A DNA stretch of 63,169 nucleotides from Lapillicoccus sp. (GCA_035762725.1 DASTNV010000289.1:1-63169); one strand, 5' to 3'. Shown: positions 40,185 to 53,510, counted from the stretch's first letter. Numbers and translations: made by a program. The notes: generated by a model from the sequence alone, not told the origin.

Positions 40185-41170
40185 TCAGTCCTCGGGCAGC
40201 GTGTGGTCCTCAAGAACCAGCTCGAGGAAGAACTTCGGGCTGTCACCCCACTCGGCGAGCTCTTCGACCGTGGCACCCGGGAGACAAGACCACCAGGTCA
40301 CAGCCCGGTTCACCGCGTGGGTGACCATCGCCGCCGGAAGGAGCCGGCGGAGCGCAGCGGGATCGAGCATGTCCTCCCACACCGACGCATACGCCGTCAC
40401 GACCGCGGGGAAGGGGACGCTCGAGAGCCGGTCGATCCAGCCCCAGGGCACCGCGAGGGTCTCCAGCGGATGGGCCCACTGCGCGTCGCCGAAGTCGAAA
40501 ACCCGCAGCCGGTCTCCGGCGGCGAAGACGTTGCCGGGATGGAGGTCGCCGTGCTGGAACGACGCGGCGGGCATCGGCCCGTCGAGCAGCGCCGCGACCG
40601 AGTCCTCGACCAGTCCCTCGGCAGCGCGCAGCCGGCGGGCGGCGGCATCATCCAGACGGGACGGATGCTCAGGCGGCAGTGCGGCCAATGCGGCGGTGAG
40701 CTCGACGAACCGAGCCGGCACAGTGTGCGGCGCACAGTCCGGCAGCCGCGCGGCGAGCAGCTCCGGGCCGTGGTCGGCGAGCCGGCGTTGGAGCCCGGCG
40801 GCCACCCGGACGACCGCCTGCCAGTCGTCGGGAGTCGCATCACGGGAGTCGCCGAGCGTTGTGCCCCAGTCCGAGGTCAGCAACCAGCCGCGCATCGGCT
40901 CGACGGCGACGGGGGCGTCGACCTCGCCCGGGTCGAGGCGCGCGAGGACCTCGTGGACGCCCGCCTCGAAGGCGAGCGCCGGGCAGTTGGCCTTGAACCA
41001 CCAGCGCCCCGAGTCGGTTGGTACGACGATCTGCGTCGACCACATTCGAACCCGCGGCTGCTCCAGCTCGCCGACGATACGGCCGCTCTGCTCGGCGACG
41101 CGGTCCCGGATCCAGCCCTCGGCCTCGACCCGCCAGCCCGGGGACGACGCGAGCTCGCTGAACGAGCCCA

Positions 41171-41171
<1 letters not shown>
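40185..41171 (-). CDS. APH/choline-kinase-like phosphotransferase
   Basis: WWFKA, HGDLHPGN, VFDFGDA. Confidence 0.82.
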
Positions 41172-43599
<2,428 letters not shown>

Positions 43600-43618
43600 C
43601 TACGGGCGGGCCCGCGGG

Positions 43619-44674
43619 CTACGGCGTGACGGTACCGCCGTCGGCGGGGACCGTTTCCGCGGTGGCGGCAGCGGTGGTGCCTGCGCTGGTGGAGGTCGGC
43701 GTGGGCCTCGTCGGCGCAGTGCCGCTGGTGGCCTTGTCCCTGACGGGCGCCGTGGCGGTGGTGAGTCGCATCGTCTTGCCGTGCTTGTCGGGCCCACCAG
43801 AGGCCGGGTCGTCGCCGGTGTCCTCGTCGTCAGTCGTGCCCGTCCCGTCGATGGCTCCGGTGTCGCCCGTGGTGGTGCCACCGGTAGTCGTGCCGGTCGT
43901 GGTACGACCGTGACCGTTGCCGTTTCCGGCGCCGTTGGCCTGGCCGTTCGTGGCGCCGTTTCCAGTGTTGGTCGTCGTCGGCGTCGGCGTCGGCGTGGGA
44001 GTCGGCTTGGTCGGTTTGGTCGTCGGTGCCGGCTGCGGCTCGTCGCCCTGGTCACCGTCGCCCGGGTCGGCCGTGGCGCCGGACTGGTCGACGATCTGGC
44101 CCTGGCCGATCTGGCCCTGGTTGGTCTGGGTGCCCTTGGCCTCGGTCTTCTGGCGGCTGAGGTCCTGCTGCTCCTGGTTGCCCAGCTCGGAGTCGGCGAA
44201 CGGCGTCGCACCGGAGGAGGGGAGGGCGAGAGCGTCGACGGGGAGGGACGCGCCAGGAAGGCCCGCCGCCGTCGACGTGCCGACGAGCGGCACGGTCGGC
44301 AGGGACCCGAACGGCAGCACCAGTCGCCCCTGGAACGGGGTGCCGGCGAGGAACGGCATGACCAACGCCTGGAGCGACGGCGGCAGGAAGGTGCGGGTGT
44401 GCGGCCTACCGGACGCCTGGTCGGACGGCATCGGGGCCAGCTCGACGGCCGCGGCGACCGTCGCGCCGGACACGGCGACCCCGAGGGCGGCGAGGACGGT
44501 CAGGCCGCGGTGCCCACGACGGCGGCGTCTCGGCGGGGCCGGGATCGGGGTGTCGGCCTGGTGCGCGACGGCGAGGAGCAGGGCGCCGAGGTCGTCGTCG
44601 GCGTCGAGGCGAGCTCCGACCCGGTCGAGGAGCAGGTCGTCGGCGAGCACGGCGCTGAGGGGCGAGGGCTTCAT
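43619..44674 (-). CDS. Probable anti-sigma factor (RsdA-like) with Thr/Gly-rich tail
   Basis: ATGA-coupled to the ECF sigma; DDLLLDRVG N-terminus, basic stretch, single TM helix, low-complexity C-terminus. Confidence 0.55.
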   Translation of the reverse strand: MKPSPLSAVLADDLLLDRVGARLDADDDLGALLLAVAHQADTPIPAPPRRRRRGHRGLTVLAALGVAVSGATVAAAVELAPMPSDQASGRPHTRTFLPPSLQALVMPFLAGTPFQGRLVLPFGSLPTVPLVGTSTAAGLPGASLPVDALALPSSGATPFADSELGNQEQQDLSRQKTEAKGTQTNQGQIGQGQIVDQSGATADPGDGDQGDEPQPAPTTKPTKPTPTPTPTPTTTNTGNGATNGQANGAGNGNGHGRTTTGTTTGGTTTGDTGAIDGTGTTDDEDTGDDPASGGPDKHGKTMRLTTATAPVRDKATSGTAPTRPTPTSTSAGTTAAATAETVPADGGTVTP

Positions 44675-45240
44675 GACGCCACCCCTTCCTGTGCGGCGAG
44701 GAGCTCGCGAAGCTTGCTGAGGGCTCGATGCTGGGCGACTCGGATGGAGCCGGGCGTCATGCCCAGCGCGGCGGCCGTCTCGTCGGTGGACATGCCGACG
44801 GCCACGCGCAGCGTGAGGATCTCCTGCTGTTGCGTGGGAAGGGTACGGATCAGGGCCATGGCCCGGCTGGCCTCGTCGCGGACGACGGCGACCTGCTCGG
44901 GTCCCGCCGTCTCGTCGGAGGTGTCGGGCACCTCAGCGACCGCCTCGGGGCCGCGGATCAGCTGACGCTGCGCGTCGGCGACCTTGCGGGCCGCGATCGA
45001 GTAGACGAACGCCTCGAACGGGAGACCGCGGTCGTCGTAGGTGCGCAGACCGGTATGGACCGCCATGCACACCTCCTGCGCCACGTCCTGGGCAACGTCC
45101 TCGGCTCCGAAACGCCCGAGCCTCGCCCGCGCGTACCGCAGGGCCAGCTGCCGTACGCGCCCCAGAAGAGTCTCGGCCGCGTCACCGCCCTCACGTCGGG
45201 CCAGGGCGGCGAGGTCGCGCAGCGTGGGCGGCGCGTCCAC
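44671..45240 (-). CDS. sigD: ECF RNA polymerase sigma factor, SigD/ShbA family (start 45240 or 45249)
   Basis: ALRYARARLG, DVAQEVC, PFEAFVYSIAARKVADA, GSIRVAQHRALSKLR; whiB3-guaB context. Confidence 0.85.
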   Translation of the reverse strand: MDAPPTLRDLAALARREGGDAAETLLGRVRQLALRYARARLGRFGAEDVAQDVAQEVCMAVHTGLRTYDDRGLPFEAFVYSIAARKVADAQRQLIRGPEAVAEVPDTSDETAGPEQVAVVRDEASRAMALIRTLPTQQQEILTLRVAVGMSTDETAAALGMTPGSIRVAQHRALSKLRELLAAQEGVAS

Positions 45241-45245
45241 TGTGG

Positions 45246-45273
45246 CCATCGTGTCGAGGGGGGTTGGCGTTAC
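45246..45273 (-). promoter_or_regulatory. SigD/ShbA-type autoregulatory promoter
   Basis: Minus strand GTAACG-N17-GAT (CGATGG), 5 nt before the GTG at 45240. Confidence 0.6.
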
Positions 45274-45662
45274 CGATCCGTCCCGAGGGGTGGACAGCGC
45301 AACCCCCTGGGCGTCGTCCAGCGGCGCGGCAACCGAGGGTCGGCGGGGCACAGCCCCTCGCCCGGCCCACGACGCAGCAGCGCTCACTGCACCCCCAAGG
45401 ATCTCCCGATATCCGCCCAGCGCTGGAACGATACCCGGTCCGTCGGGCCCGTGAGGGGTTGATGGCAAACCTCTCGTCCGAGGGCAACTCGGGCAAACGA
45501 GTTCGTTCCGTGACGCGTGAAGCCGAACGACAGTGGGTAGGACTCCCCCGAGATGACCTCCGGCCGGCTCCTCCAAGGGGCGGGGAACGCCGCGCACGAG
45601 GCCAGGACCGGGTTCGGCGAGTCGGGACGCCGCAACCTCCCTGCAGGACTGAGGAGGAGACG

Positions 45663-45968
45663 ATGGCGGAGATTTCGAGGCTGCCTGGCCCGGTGGCGGA
45701 TCTGTGGGACTGGCAGCTCCAGGGGCTGTGCCGGCGCGAGAACCCGGACGTGTTCTTCCACCCCGAGGGCGAGCGCGGCCCGGCCCGGCGCAACCGGGAC
45801 TCCCGGGCCAAGGAGGTCTGCCAGACCTGTCCGGTCCTCACCCAGTGCCGCGCCCACGCCCTTCAGGTCCGCGAGCCCTACGGCGTCTGGGGCGGGATGA
45901 CCGAGGACGAGCGAGAAGCGGTGTATGCCACGTATGCGACCACCGGTTCCCCGGTCCCGGCCGCCTGA
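45663..45968 (+). CDS. whiB3: WhiB family Fe-S regulator (WhiB3/WhiD)
   Basis: WDWQLQGLC, FFHPEGERG, CxxC, EPYGVWGG; GAGGAGGAG RBS. Confidence 0.93.
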   Translation: MAEISRLPGPVADLWDWQLQGLCRRENPDVFFHPEGERGPARRNRDSRAKEVCQTCPVLTQCRAHALQVREPYGVWGGMTEDEREAVYATYATTGSPVPAA

Positions 45969-46132
45969 CCCACTTCCCGAACCTGACCCACTTCCCGAAC
46001 CTGACCCGCATACCGGCGCCTGACCCGCATACCGGCGCCTGACCCGCATACCGGCACCCGACCCGCATACCGGCACCGGAGCCGCATACCGGCTCCCGAC
46101 CTGCATACCGGCACCGGAGCCGCGTACCGGCT
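45964..46132 (+). repeat. Tandem array: 2 x 18-bp plus 7 x 19-bp units (core GCATACCGGC)
   Basis: CCTGACCCACTTCCCGAA x2, then CCTGACCCGCATACCGGCG-type units starting at 46000, 46019, 46038, 46057, 46076, 46095 and 46114. Confidence 0.9.
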
Positions 46133-46156
46133 GGCCGGAACCTGCTTCGGCGCCGA

Positions 46157-46228
46157 CTTCTCCGCACGTGCGGAGAAGGAATCGGGGCATGTCCGACATG
46201 TTCCGAGGCGATCTCCTCACGTGCGGAG
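46157..46228. repeat. Composite palindromic (REP/BIME-like) element
   Basis: Perfect 22-bp palindrome CTTCTCCGCACGTGCGGAGAAG, central imperfect hairpin, second copy CTCCTCACGTGCGGAG. Confidence 0.6.
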
Positions 46229-46274
46229 TTCTTGGCCCGGGGACGGGTCGCGCGCGAACGGGACCGTGACCACG

Positions 46275-46315
46275 ACGAGAGCGGGCCGCCCCCGAGGGGA
46301 GCGGCCCGCTGTCGT
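46275..46315 (-). terminator. Intrinsic terminator hairpin after groEL
   Basis: AGCGGGCCGC...GCGGCCCGCT stem just downstream of the groEL stop. Confidence 0.7.
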
Positions 46316-46331
46316 TGCCGGCGAGAAGCGG

Positions 46332-48323
<1,992 letters not shown>

Positions 48324-48350
48324 TCAGCACTCTCGGGGGGAGAGTGCCAG
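48324..48350. promoter_or_regulatory. CIRCE element (HrcA operator) 1
   Basis: TCAGCACTC-N9-GAGTGCCAG. Confidence 0.9.
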
Positions 48351-48355
48351 CCTCA

Positions 48356-48397
48356 AATCTAGGTACGTGATTAGCACTCGGTCAAGTCGAGTGCCAG
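48356..48397 (-). promoter_or_regulatory. CIRCE element 2 overlapping the groES sigma-A-type promoter
   Basis: TTAGCACTC-N9-GAGTGCCAG (48371-48397); minus strand TTGACC-N18-TAGATT. Confidence 0.88.
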
Positions 48398-48424
48398 CCG
48401 CCGGCCGACCCGTAGCGTGGAGGG

Positions 48425-49657
48425 GTGGACCTCGGTGCGCTCGCCCTCCTCATCGACGGGGAGGGATGGGAGCTGCTGGCCTCCCTGCCGGCTTACGACC
48501 CGGCTTCCGAGCTGGCCCTGCAGACCCGGCTTCGCGACGCCGGGTATGCGCCGGAGCTGGTCTCCGTCGCCCTGCTCCAGTCGCAGCTGCGGGCGAAGGC
48601 TCGCGACAAGTTCGGGCCGTTCGCTGACGGGATGCTGTTCACCCCCGACGGCCTCGAGCAGGCGACCCGGTTCGAGGTCGCGGCCCGGCACGCGGCGCGC
48701 TACCTGCGCGCCGAGATCCGCCTCATCCACGACATCGGCTGCGGGATCGGCGCCGACGCGATGGCCTTCGCCGGCCTCGACCTCGGGGTGCAGGCGGTCG
48801 ACGCGGACGACGTCACGGCGGTGGTCGCCGGCGTGAACCTGCGGCACTGGCCCGGGGCCTACGTGGCCCACGCTCGCGCCGAGGACGTCGAGCTGCCCTC
48901 CGGGGAGGCGGCGACGCATACCGGCGTCTGGCTCGACCCGGCCCGACGCCTCGGCGGACCGGCCGACGCGACCGGACGCTCGCGCCGCGTCTTCTCCTTG
49001 GACCGGATGTCACCGAGCTGGCGGGAGGTGCAGAGGTATGCGGCGCAGGTGCCGGCCACGGGGGCCAAGCTGTCGCCGGCTTTCCCCCACGCCGCCCGAC
49101 CGGACGGATCAGAGGCGCAATGGGTCTCGTGGCGGGGCGATGTCGTGGAGTGCGCCCTCTGGTGGGGACCCCTCGTGGAGACGCCGGGGCGCACCGCCAC
49201 GGTGCTGAGCTCCGGCGCTGACGCCGTGACCGTGACCGAGGACGACGCAGCGGGTGCGCCGCCGCCGCTGGTCGGCCCCGGCGGGCTCGGTCCCTACCTC
49301 TACGAGCCCGATCGGGCCGTCATCCGGGCGGGCCTGACCGGTGCGTTGGCGCGTCTGGTCGGGGGGGCCGAGCTGGACGACGGGGTCGGCTACGTCGCGG
49401 CCGCGGTCGACCTGCCGGTGCCGTGGGCGCACCGCTACGCGCTCGTCGAGGCGATCCCCTGGAACGTCAAGACGGTCCGGGGCTGGTTGCGCGAGCGCGG
49501 TCTCGGTCGGCTGACCATCAAGAAGCGCGGCGTCGCGCTGGAGCCGGACGCCGTCCGGCGGCAGCTCCGGCTGACCGGGTCCGGTGAGGCGATCCTCGTC
49601 CTGACCCGGGTGGGCGGGCGCCCCTACGCGCTGGTCGTGGAGAACAGCCCGCGGTAG
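48425..49657 (+). CDS. Class I SAM-dependent methyltransferase with THUMP-like domain
   Basis: DGLEQATR, DIGCGIGADA, WLDPARR, YEPDRAVIRAG; divergent from groES. Confidence 0.85.
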   Translation: MDLGALALLIDGEGWELLASLPAYDPASELALQTRLRDAGYAPELVSVALLQSQLRAKARDKFGPFADGMLFTPDGLEQATRFEVAARHAARYLRAEIRLIHDIGCGIGADAMAFAGLDLGVQAVDADDVTAVVAGVNLRHWPGAYVAHARAEDVELPSGEAATHTGVWLDPARRLGGPADATGRSRRVFSLDRMSPSWREVQRYAAQVPATGAKLSPAFPHAARPDGSEAQWVSWRGDVVECALWWGPLVETPGRTATVLSSGADAVTVTEDDAAGAPPPLVGPGGLGPYLYEPDRAVIRAGLTGALARLVGGAELDDGVGYVAAAVDLPVPWAHRYALVEAIPWNVKTVRGWLRERGLGRLTIKKRGVALEPDAVRRQLRLTGSGEAILVLTRVGGRPYALVVENSPR

Positions 49658-50142
49658 TAGTCGGCGTCGGCCGGGTGGTACTCCGCGAAGTCGATCGCCC
49701 CGACGTCCCCGCCGGTCTCGGCGGCGACCAGGCGGTCGAGGTAGTAGTCCCAGCCGGGTCCGACGTCGGCCGCCTGGGCGGGGTCGGACATCCGCTGCGA
49801 GAAGGTCAGCGTGGTGACGCCCTCCGCCTCCTCGAGCTCCATGGCCAGGTACCAGTCGCCGTACGGTGTGCTCGAGTGGACGGCCAGCCGTCGCGGTGGG
49901 TCGCACTCGTCGACAAACATCCGCTCGGCCGTCGCGTCGGGGCTCTCGGCGGTCATCCGGAAGCCCACCCAGCCGTCGGTGGGGTCGCCTTCCCAGGTAC
50001 CGACCCAACGAGCGAGGCGGTCGGGTTCGGTGACGGCCGCCCAGACGTCCGCCAGCGGCGCGTGGAACCGCCGCTTGTAGGCGACGACCTCGTGGCCGCT
50101 GCGGATCTCGCGACGGCCGGTGGGGTGGGTCGGTGTGGTCAT
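49624..50142 (-). CDS. SRPBCC/AHSA1 family protein
   Basis: DVWAAVTEPDRLARW, GPGWDYYLDRL. Confidence 0.87.
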   Translation of the reverse strand: MTTPTHPTGRREIRSGHEVVAYKRRFHAPLADVWAAVTEPDRLARWVGTWEGDPTDGWVGFRMTAESPDATAERMFVDECDPPRRLAVHSSTPYGDWYLAMELEEAEGVTTLTFSQRMSDPAQAADVGPGWDYYLDRLVAAETGGDVGAIDFAEYHPADADYYRGLFSTTSA

Positions 50143-50513
50143 CCCACGTCCTCTCGGGCTCGGTCGGTGGCGGACGGCGTATGCCGGTGGCGCTCGCGCC
50201 GGGTTCGGTGGACCTCGGTGTCGAGGGCGTCGAGGGCCGACTCGGCGATCCGGGCCGGTCGGCGTGCCGCGAGCTCGTCGAGCATCTGCCGGACCGGCTC
50301 CAGACCGGCTGGTTCCAGGCGGTAGTGCCGCTCCCGGCCGCGGTCCTCCGCGCTGGCGACCCCGGCCTCGGTCAGCAGTCGCAGGTGGCGGCTCACCGCC
50401 GGGCGACTGACGTCGTAGGCCGCGGTGAGGTCGACGACCCGCGCCGGGCCGGCGGCCAGCTGCCGCAGGAGGTCACGCCGGATCGGGTCGGCGAGCGCCT
50501 CGAACCCGTCCAT
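50139..50513 (-). CDS. ArsR family regulator
   Basis: FEALADPIRR, VSRPAVSRHLRLL, GRERHYRL. Confidence 0.9.
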   Translation of the reverse strand: MDGFEALADPIRRDLLRQLAAGPARVVDLTAAYDVSRPAVSRHLRLLTEAGVASAEDRGRERHYRLEPAGLEPVRQMLDELAARRPARIAESALDALDTEVHRTRRERHRHTPSATDRAREDVG

Positions 50514-50518
50514 GCGTC

Positions 50519-50542
50519 ATTGGTAACAGAACACTTACCAAT
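50519..50542. promoter_or_regulatory. Palindromic ArsR operator
   Basis: ATTGGTAA-N8-TTACCAAT just upstream of the ATG; TTGACC on the minus strand at 50544-50549. Confidence 0.7.
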
Positions 50543-51323
50543 CGGTCAAGGCCGACGCGGCCACAGCGTCACGCAGGGCCGCTCGGCGGTCGAGCCCGGC
50601 CGCGAGCCCGGCGGCGAGCGTGCCGCAGAACGCCTCCGTACCGCCGTCGGGCATCGCCGGCGTCCCGAGGTCGTCGCTGTCGACGCGCGTGCCGTCCCAC
50701 ACCGCGCCGGCTCGCCCGAAGGTCACGCACAGCGATGCCGGCATGAGGCCGACGTCGGCGAGCAGCGCGGCGTCCCGCTCACCCACGACGAACGGGTCGG
50801 CGATCGCCGCGGCGTCCGGGTCGAGCACGGCGAACGGTGACGCATTGACGACCGCGCGCAGCTGGCGTCGGTCGGCCTCGCGCAGCACGTCCGCGGCGGC
50901 CGGCGGCGGGACGTCGAGCTGGACGAGGACCACGTCTCCGTCGGCCGCGGCGGCCAGCGCCGCTCGGCCGTCGAACCGGGCGGCGGCGCCGTGGAGGAGG
51001 AGGCTGGCGTCCCGCTCGTGGCCCGCGGTCATGACCACCCGAGTGGCGGTCGACTCACCAGGCACGACGTGGAGCCGCGGTTCGACGCCGAGGCTGGCGA
51101 GATGGTCCTCGCACCAGCGGCCCGCGTCGTCGTCGCCGACGGACGCCACGAGGGCGACGCGGGCGCCGGCCCGACGCGCGGCGAGCGCCTGGTCAAGCCC
51201 ACGACCGCCCACCGTGCGCCGGGTACCGGTGGCGGTCACGGCGTCCCCCACCGCCGGCACGCGGTCTACCTCGGCGTGGACGACGACCTGCAGCGACCCG
51301 ACGACGAGGACCTGTCCCGTCAC
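50535..51323 (-). CDS. PfkB/ribokinase-like protein with degenerate motifs
   Basis: VLVVGS, GGRGLDQALAARRAGA, VGDDDAG, LVQLDVP; C-terminal DGGTEAF instead of GAGDAF. Confidence 0.75.
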   Translation of the reverse strand: MTGQVLVVGSLQVVVHAEVDRVPAVGDAVTATGTRRTVGGRGLDQALAARRAGARVALVASVGDDDAGRWCEDHLASLGVEPRLHVVPGESTATRVVMTAGHERDASLLLHGAAARFDGRAALAAAADGDVVLVQLDVPPPAAADVLREADRRQLRAVVNASPFAVLDPDAAAIADPFVVGERDAALLADVGLMPASLCVTFGRAGAVWDGTRVDSDDLGTPAMPDGGTEAFCGTLAAGLAAGLDRRAALRDAVAASALTDW

Positions 51324-52273
51324 CGGCCGCCCACTGTCTCGAGCCAGAGCGACGCATACCGAGGTCCGTCGACCCTGAGCCCCACGTCGACCTCGACCGA
51401 CGACCGGCCATGCGGGTCGTGGCTCATGTCGCCGGCCCAGCTGCGCCGGTCGACGACGGTCCGGCCGCGCGACCAGGAGCCGCCGAGCTCGACGCGGATG
51501 GGGAGACGCTCGGTATGGAGGGCGGTCGCGTCGAGGACGACGCAGACGGCTCCGGCATCGCCGATCGTGGCCGGGCCGCCGAACCGTTGGCACTGGTAGG
51601 CGATCAGCAACCCGCCCAGCCGCGCTGCCGGGTCGCTCCGCGCGGCGAGGTCGGCGGCCTGGGCGGCGGTGACCGTGGGTTCGTAGAAGACGTCGAGCCC
51701 GTAGAGCGTGACGTCGAGGCGCAGGTCGGCAGCCGCGTCGAGAGCGATGGCGGCGGCCTCGGGGTCGTGGAACACGTTGAACTCGGCCGAGGCGGTCGCG
51801 TTTCCCACGTTCGCGGCGCCGCCCATGATGACGATGTCGCGCAGGTGGGCCGCCACGTCGGGGTAGGTCCGCAGGAGCAGCGCGATGTTGGTCAGCGGCG
51901 CGAGCGTGACGAGGGTGACCGGCTCGTCGGCCGCGCGGAGCACGTCGCGGAGCAGCTCGACGGCGTGCCGCGGGTCGGGGCGGCGCGTCGACCTCGGCCA
52001 GTCCAGGTCGCCGAGCCCGTCCGCGCCGTGGACGTGCCGGGCGTCGGCCGGTTCCTCGAGGAGGGGTCGGGCGCTCCCGGCGGCCACCGGGACGTCCGGC
52101 CGGCCGGCGGCGTCGAGGACGGTGAGCGTGTTGGCGACGACGAGGTCGAGCGGGGCGTTGCCGCCGACGCAGCTGACCGCCCGAAGGTCGAGGACCGGGT
52201 GCCGCGCGGCGAGGAGCAGCGCACAGGCGTCGTCCACCCCGGTGTCGACGTCGAGCACGACCGGGCGAGACAT
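51320..52273 (-). CDS. Inosine/uridine-preferring nucleoside hydrolase
   Basis: LDVDTGVDDA, VHGADGLG, APLTNIA, AEFNVFHDPEAA. Confidence 0.92.
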   Translation of the reverse strand: MSRPVVLDVDTGVDDACALLLAARHPVLDLRAVSCVGGNAPLDLVVANTLTVLDAAGRPDVPVAAGSARPLLEEPADARHVHGADGLGDLDWPRSTRRPDPRHAVELLRDVLRAADEPVTLVTLAPLTNIALLLRTYPDVAAHLRDIVIMGGAANVGNATASAEFNVFHDPEAAAIALDAAADLRLDVTLYGLDVFYEPTVTAAQAADLAARSDPAARLGGLLIAYQCQRFGGPATIGDAGAVCVVLDATALHTERLPIRVELGGSWSRGRTVVDRRSWAGDMSHDPHGRSSVEVDVGLRVDGPRYASLWLETVGGR

Positions 52274-52310
52274 GGCCAGCGAGCATACGGGCCGCCGGTA
52301 GCGTCGAGCC

Positions 52311-53507
52311 GTGCCCCGCCGTCCCGCCTTCGTCGCCTTCGCCCTGGCCGGGCTCGGCGCGCTGGCGGCCTGCTCGGCGGATCCGGCACCGTCGGGCGGA
52401 GGTTCGACCACCGCCCCCTTGTCGAACACGACCATCACGCCGTCGCCGACGAGCACGACGACCCCACCCAGCTGTGCCGAGGCGTTGGCGGCGGCGCTCA
52501 CCCTCGAGCAGAAGGTCGGTCAGCTGCTCATGGTGGGGGCGCAGGCCGGGACCGCACCGGCCGCCCTGGACCCGGTCCTCACCGACCAGAAGGCCGGCGG
52601 GGTCGTCCTGCTCGGTACCTGGAACAGCGCGCCGACGGTCAGTGGTGCCACGCAGCACTGGCAGCCGATCGGGCGCACGGTATCGGGTGGGGTGGGGCTG
52701 CTCGTGTCCGCCGACCAGGAGGGCGGCCAGGTCCGCCACCTGCAGGGCACCGGTTTCGCGAGCACGCCCTCGGCCTTGAGCCAGGGCCGGGCCGGTACGG
52801 CGGGACCCAACGCCACCACGGTCGCCGCGAACCTCAAGGCCGTTGGCGTCAACGTCAACCTGGCCCCGGTGGCCGACACGGTCGCGGCGTCCTTCGCGCG
52901 GCAGAACGGGCCCATCGGCGTGTACCAGCGCGAGTACGGCAACGACCCGGCGACGGTCACCCGGTCGGTCACGGCCGCGGTCAGTGCGCTGCAGGCCGGT
53001 GGGGTGAGCGCGACCGTCAAGCACTTCCCGGGGCTCGGGCGCGTGACCGGGAACACGGACCTCACCGCCAACGGCACGACCGACACGACGACGACCGCCG
53101 ACGACGCCTACCTCGAGCCGTTCCGCGCGGGGATCCAGGCGGGCGTCGACCTCGTGATGATCTCGTCGGCGACCTACAGCCAGATCGACCCGGACAACCG
53201 GGCCCCGTTCTCGAGCCGGGTGGTCACCGGGCTGTTGCGGGAGCAGCTGCGGTACGACGGGGTGGTCGTGTCCGACGACCTCGGCGGTGCCGTCGCCGTG
53301 GCCTCCGTGCCCCCGGGCGAGCGGGCGACGCGGTTCGTCGCCGCCGGTGGCGACATCGTGCTGACCGGGCTGCCGGCCACCGCCCCGACCATGGCGGGGG
53401 CGTTGCGCGACAAGGCGCAGGCCGAACCCGCCTTCGCCGCGCAGGTCGACGCCGCGGCCACCCGGGTGCTGGAGCTCAAGGTCCGACGCGGCCTGGCCAG
53501 CTGCTAG
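52311..53507 (+). CDS. Glycoside hydrolase family 3 (NagZ-like) lipoprotein
   Basis: Lipobox LAAC; KVGQL, ADQEGG, NLAPVAD, KHFPGLG, VVSDDL. Confidence 0.88.
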   Translation: MPRRPAFVAFALAGLGALAACSADPAPSGGGSTTAPLSNTTITPSPTSTTTPPSCAEALAAALTLEQKVGQLLMVGAQAGTAPAALDPVLTDQKAGGVVLLGTWNSAPTVSGATQHWQPIGRTVSGGVGLLVSADQEGGQVRHLQGTGFASTPSALSQGRAGTAGPNATTVAANLKAVGVNVNLAPVADTVAASFARQNGPIGVYQREYGNDPATVTRSVTAAVSALQAGGVSATVKHFPGLGRVTGNTDLTANGTTDTTTTADDAYLEPFRAGIQAGVDLVMISSATYSQIDPDNRAPFSSRVVTGLLREQLRYDGVVVSDDLGGAVAVASVPPGERATRFVAAGGDIVLTGLPATAPTMAGALRDKAQAEPAFAAQVDAAATRVLELKVRRGLASC

Positions 53508-53510
53508 TCA

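Noticed and set aside
43619-44130. Short nucleotide repeats (GTCGGC, GCCGTT runs)
   Set aside because: Explained by low-complexity coding in the anti-sigma-like protein.
45274-45662. Riboswitch or sRNA in the long sigD-whiB3 gap
   Set aside because: No recognisable aptamer or strong stem; probably promoters and the whiB3 leader.
45964-46132. Possible CRISPR array
   Set aside because: Units are contiguous 18-19-mers with no unique spacers, and there are no cas genes in the window.
45384-46220. Repetitive minus-strand ORFs (GSGAGMRV / RYAG repeats)
   Set aside because: Translations of the non-triplet tandem array, antisense to whiB3; not credible proteins.
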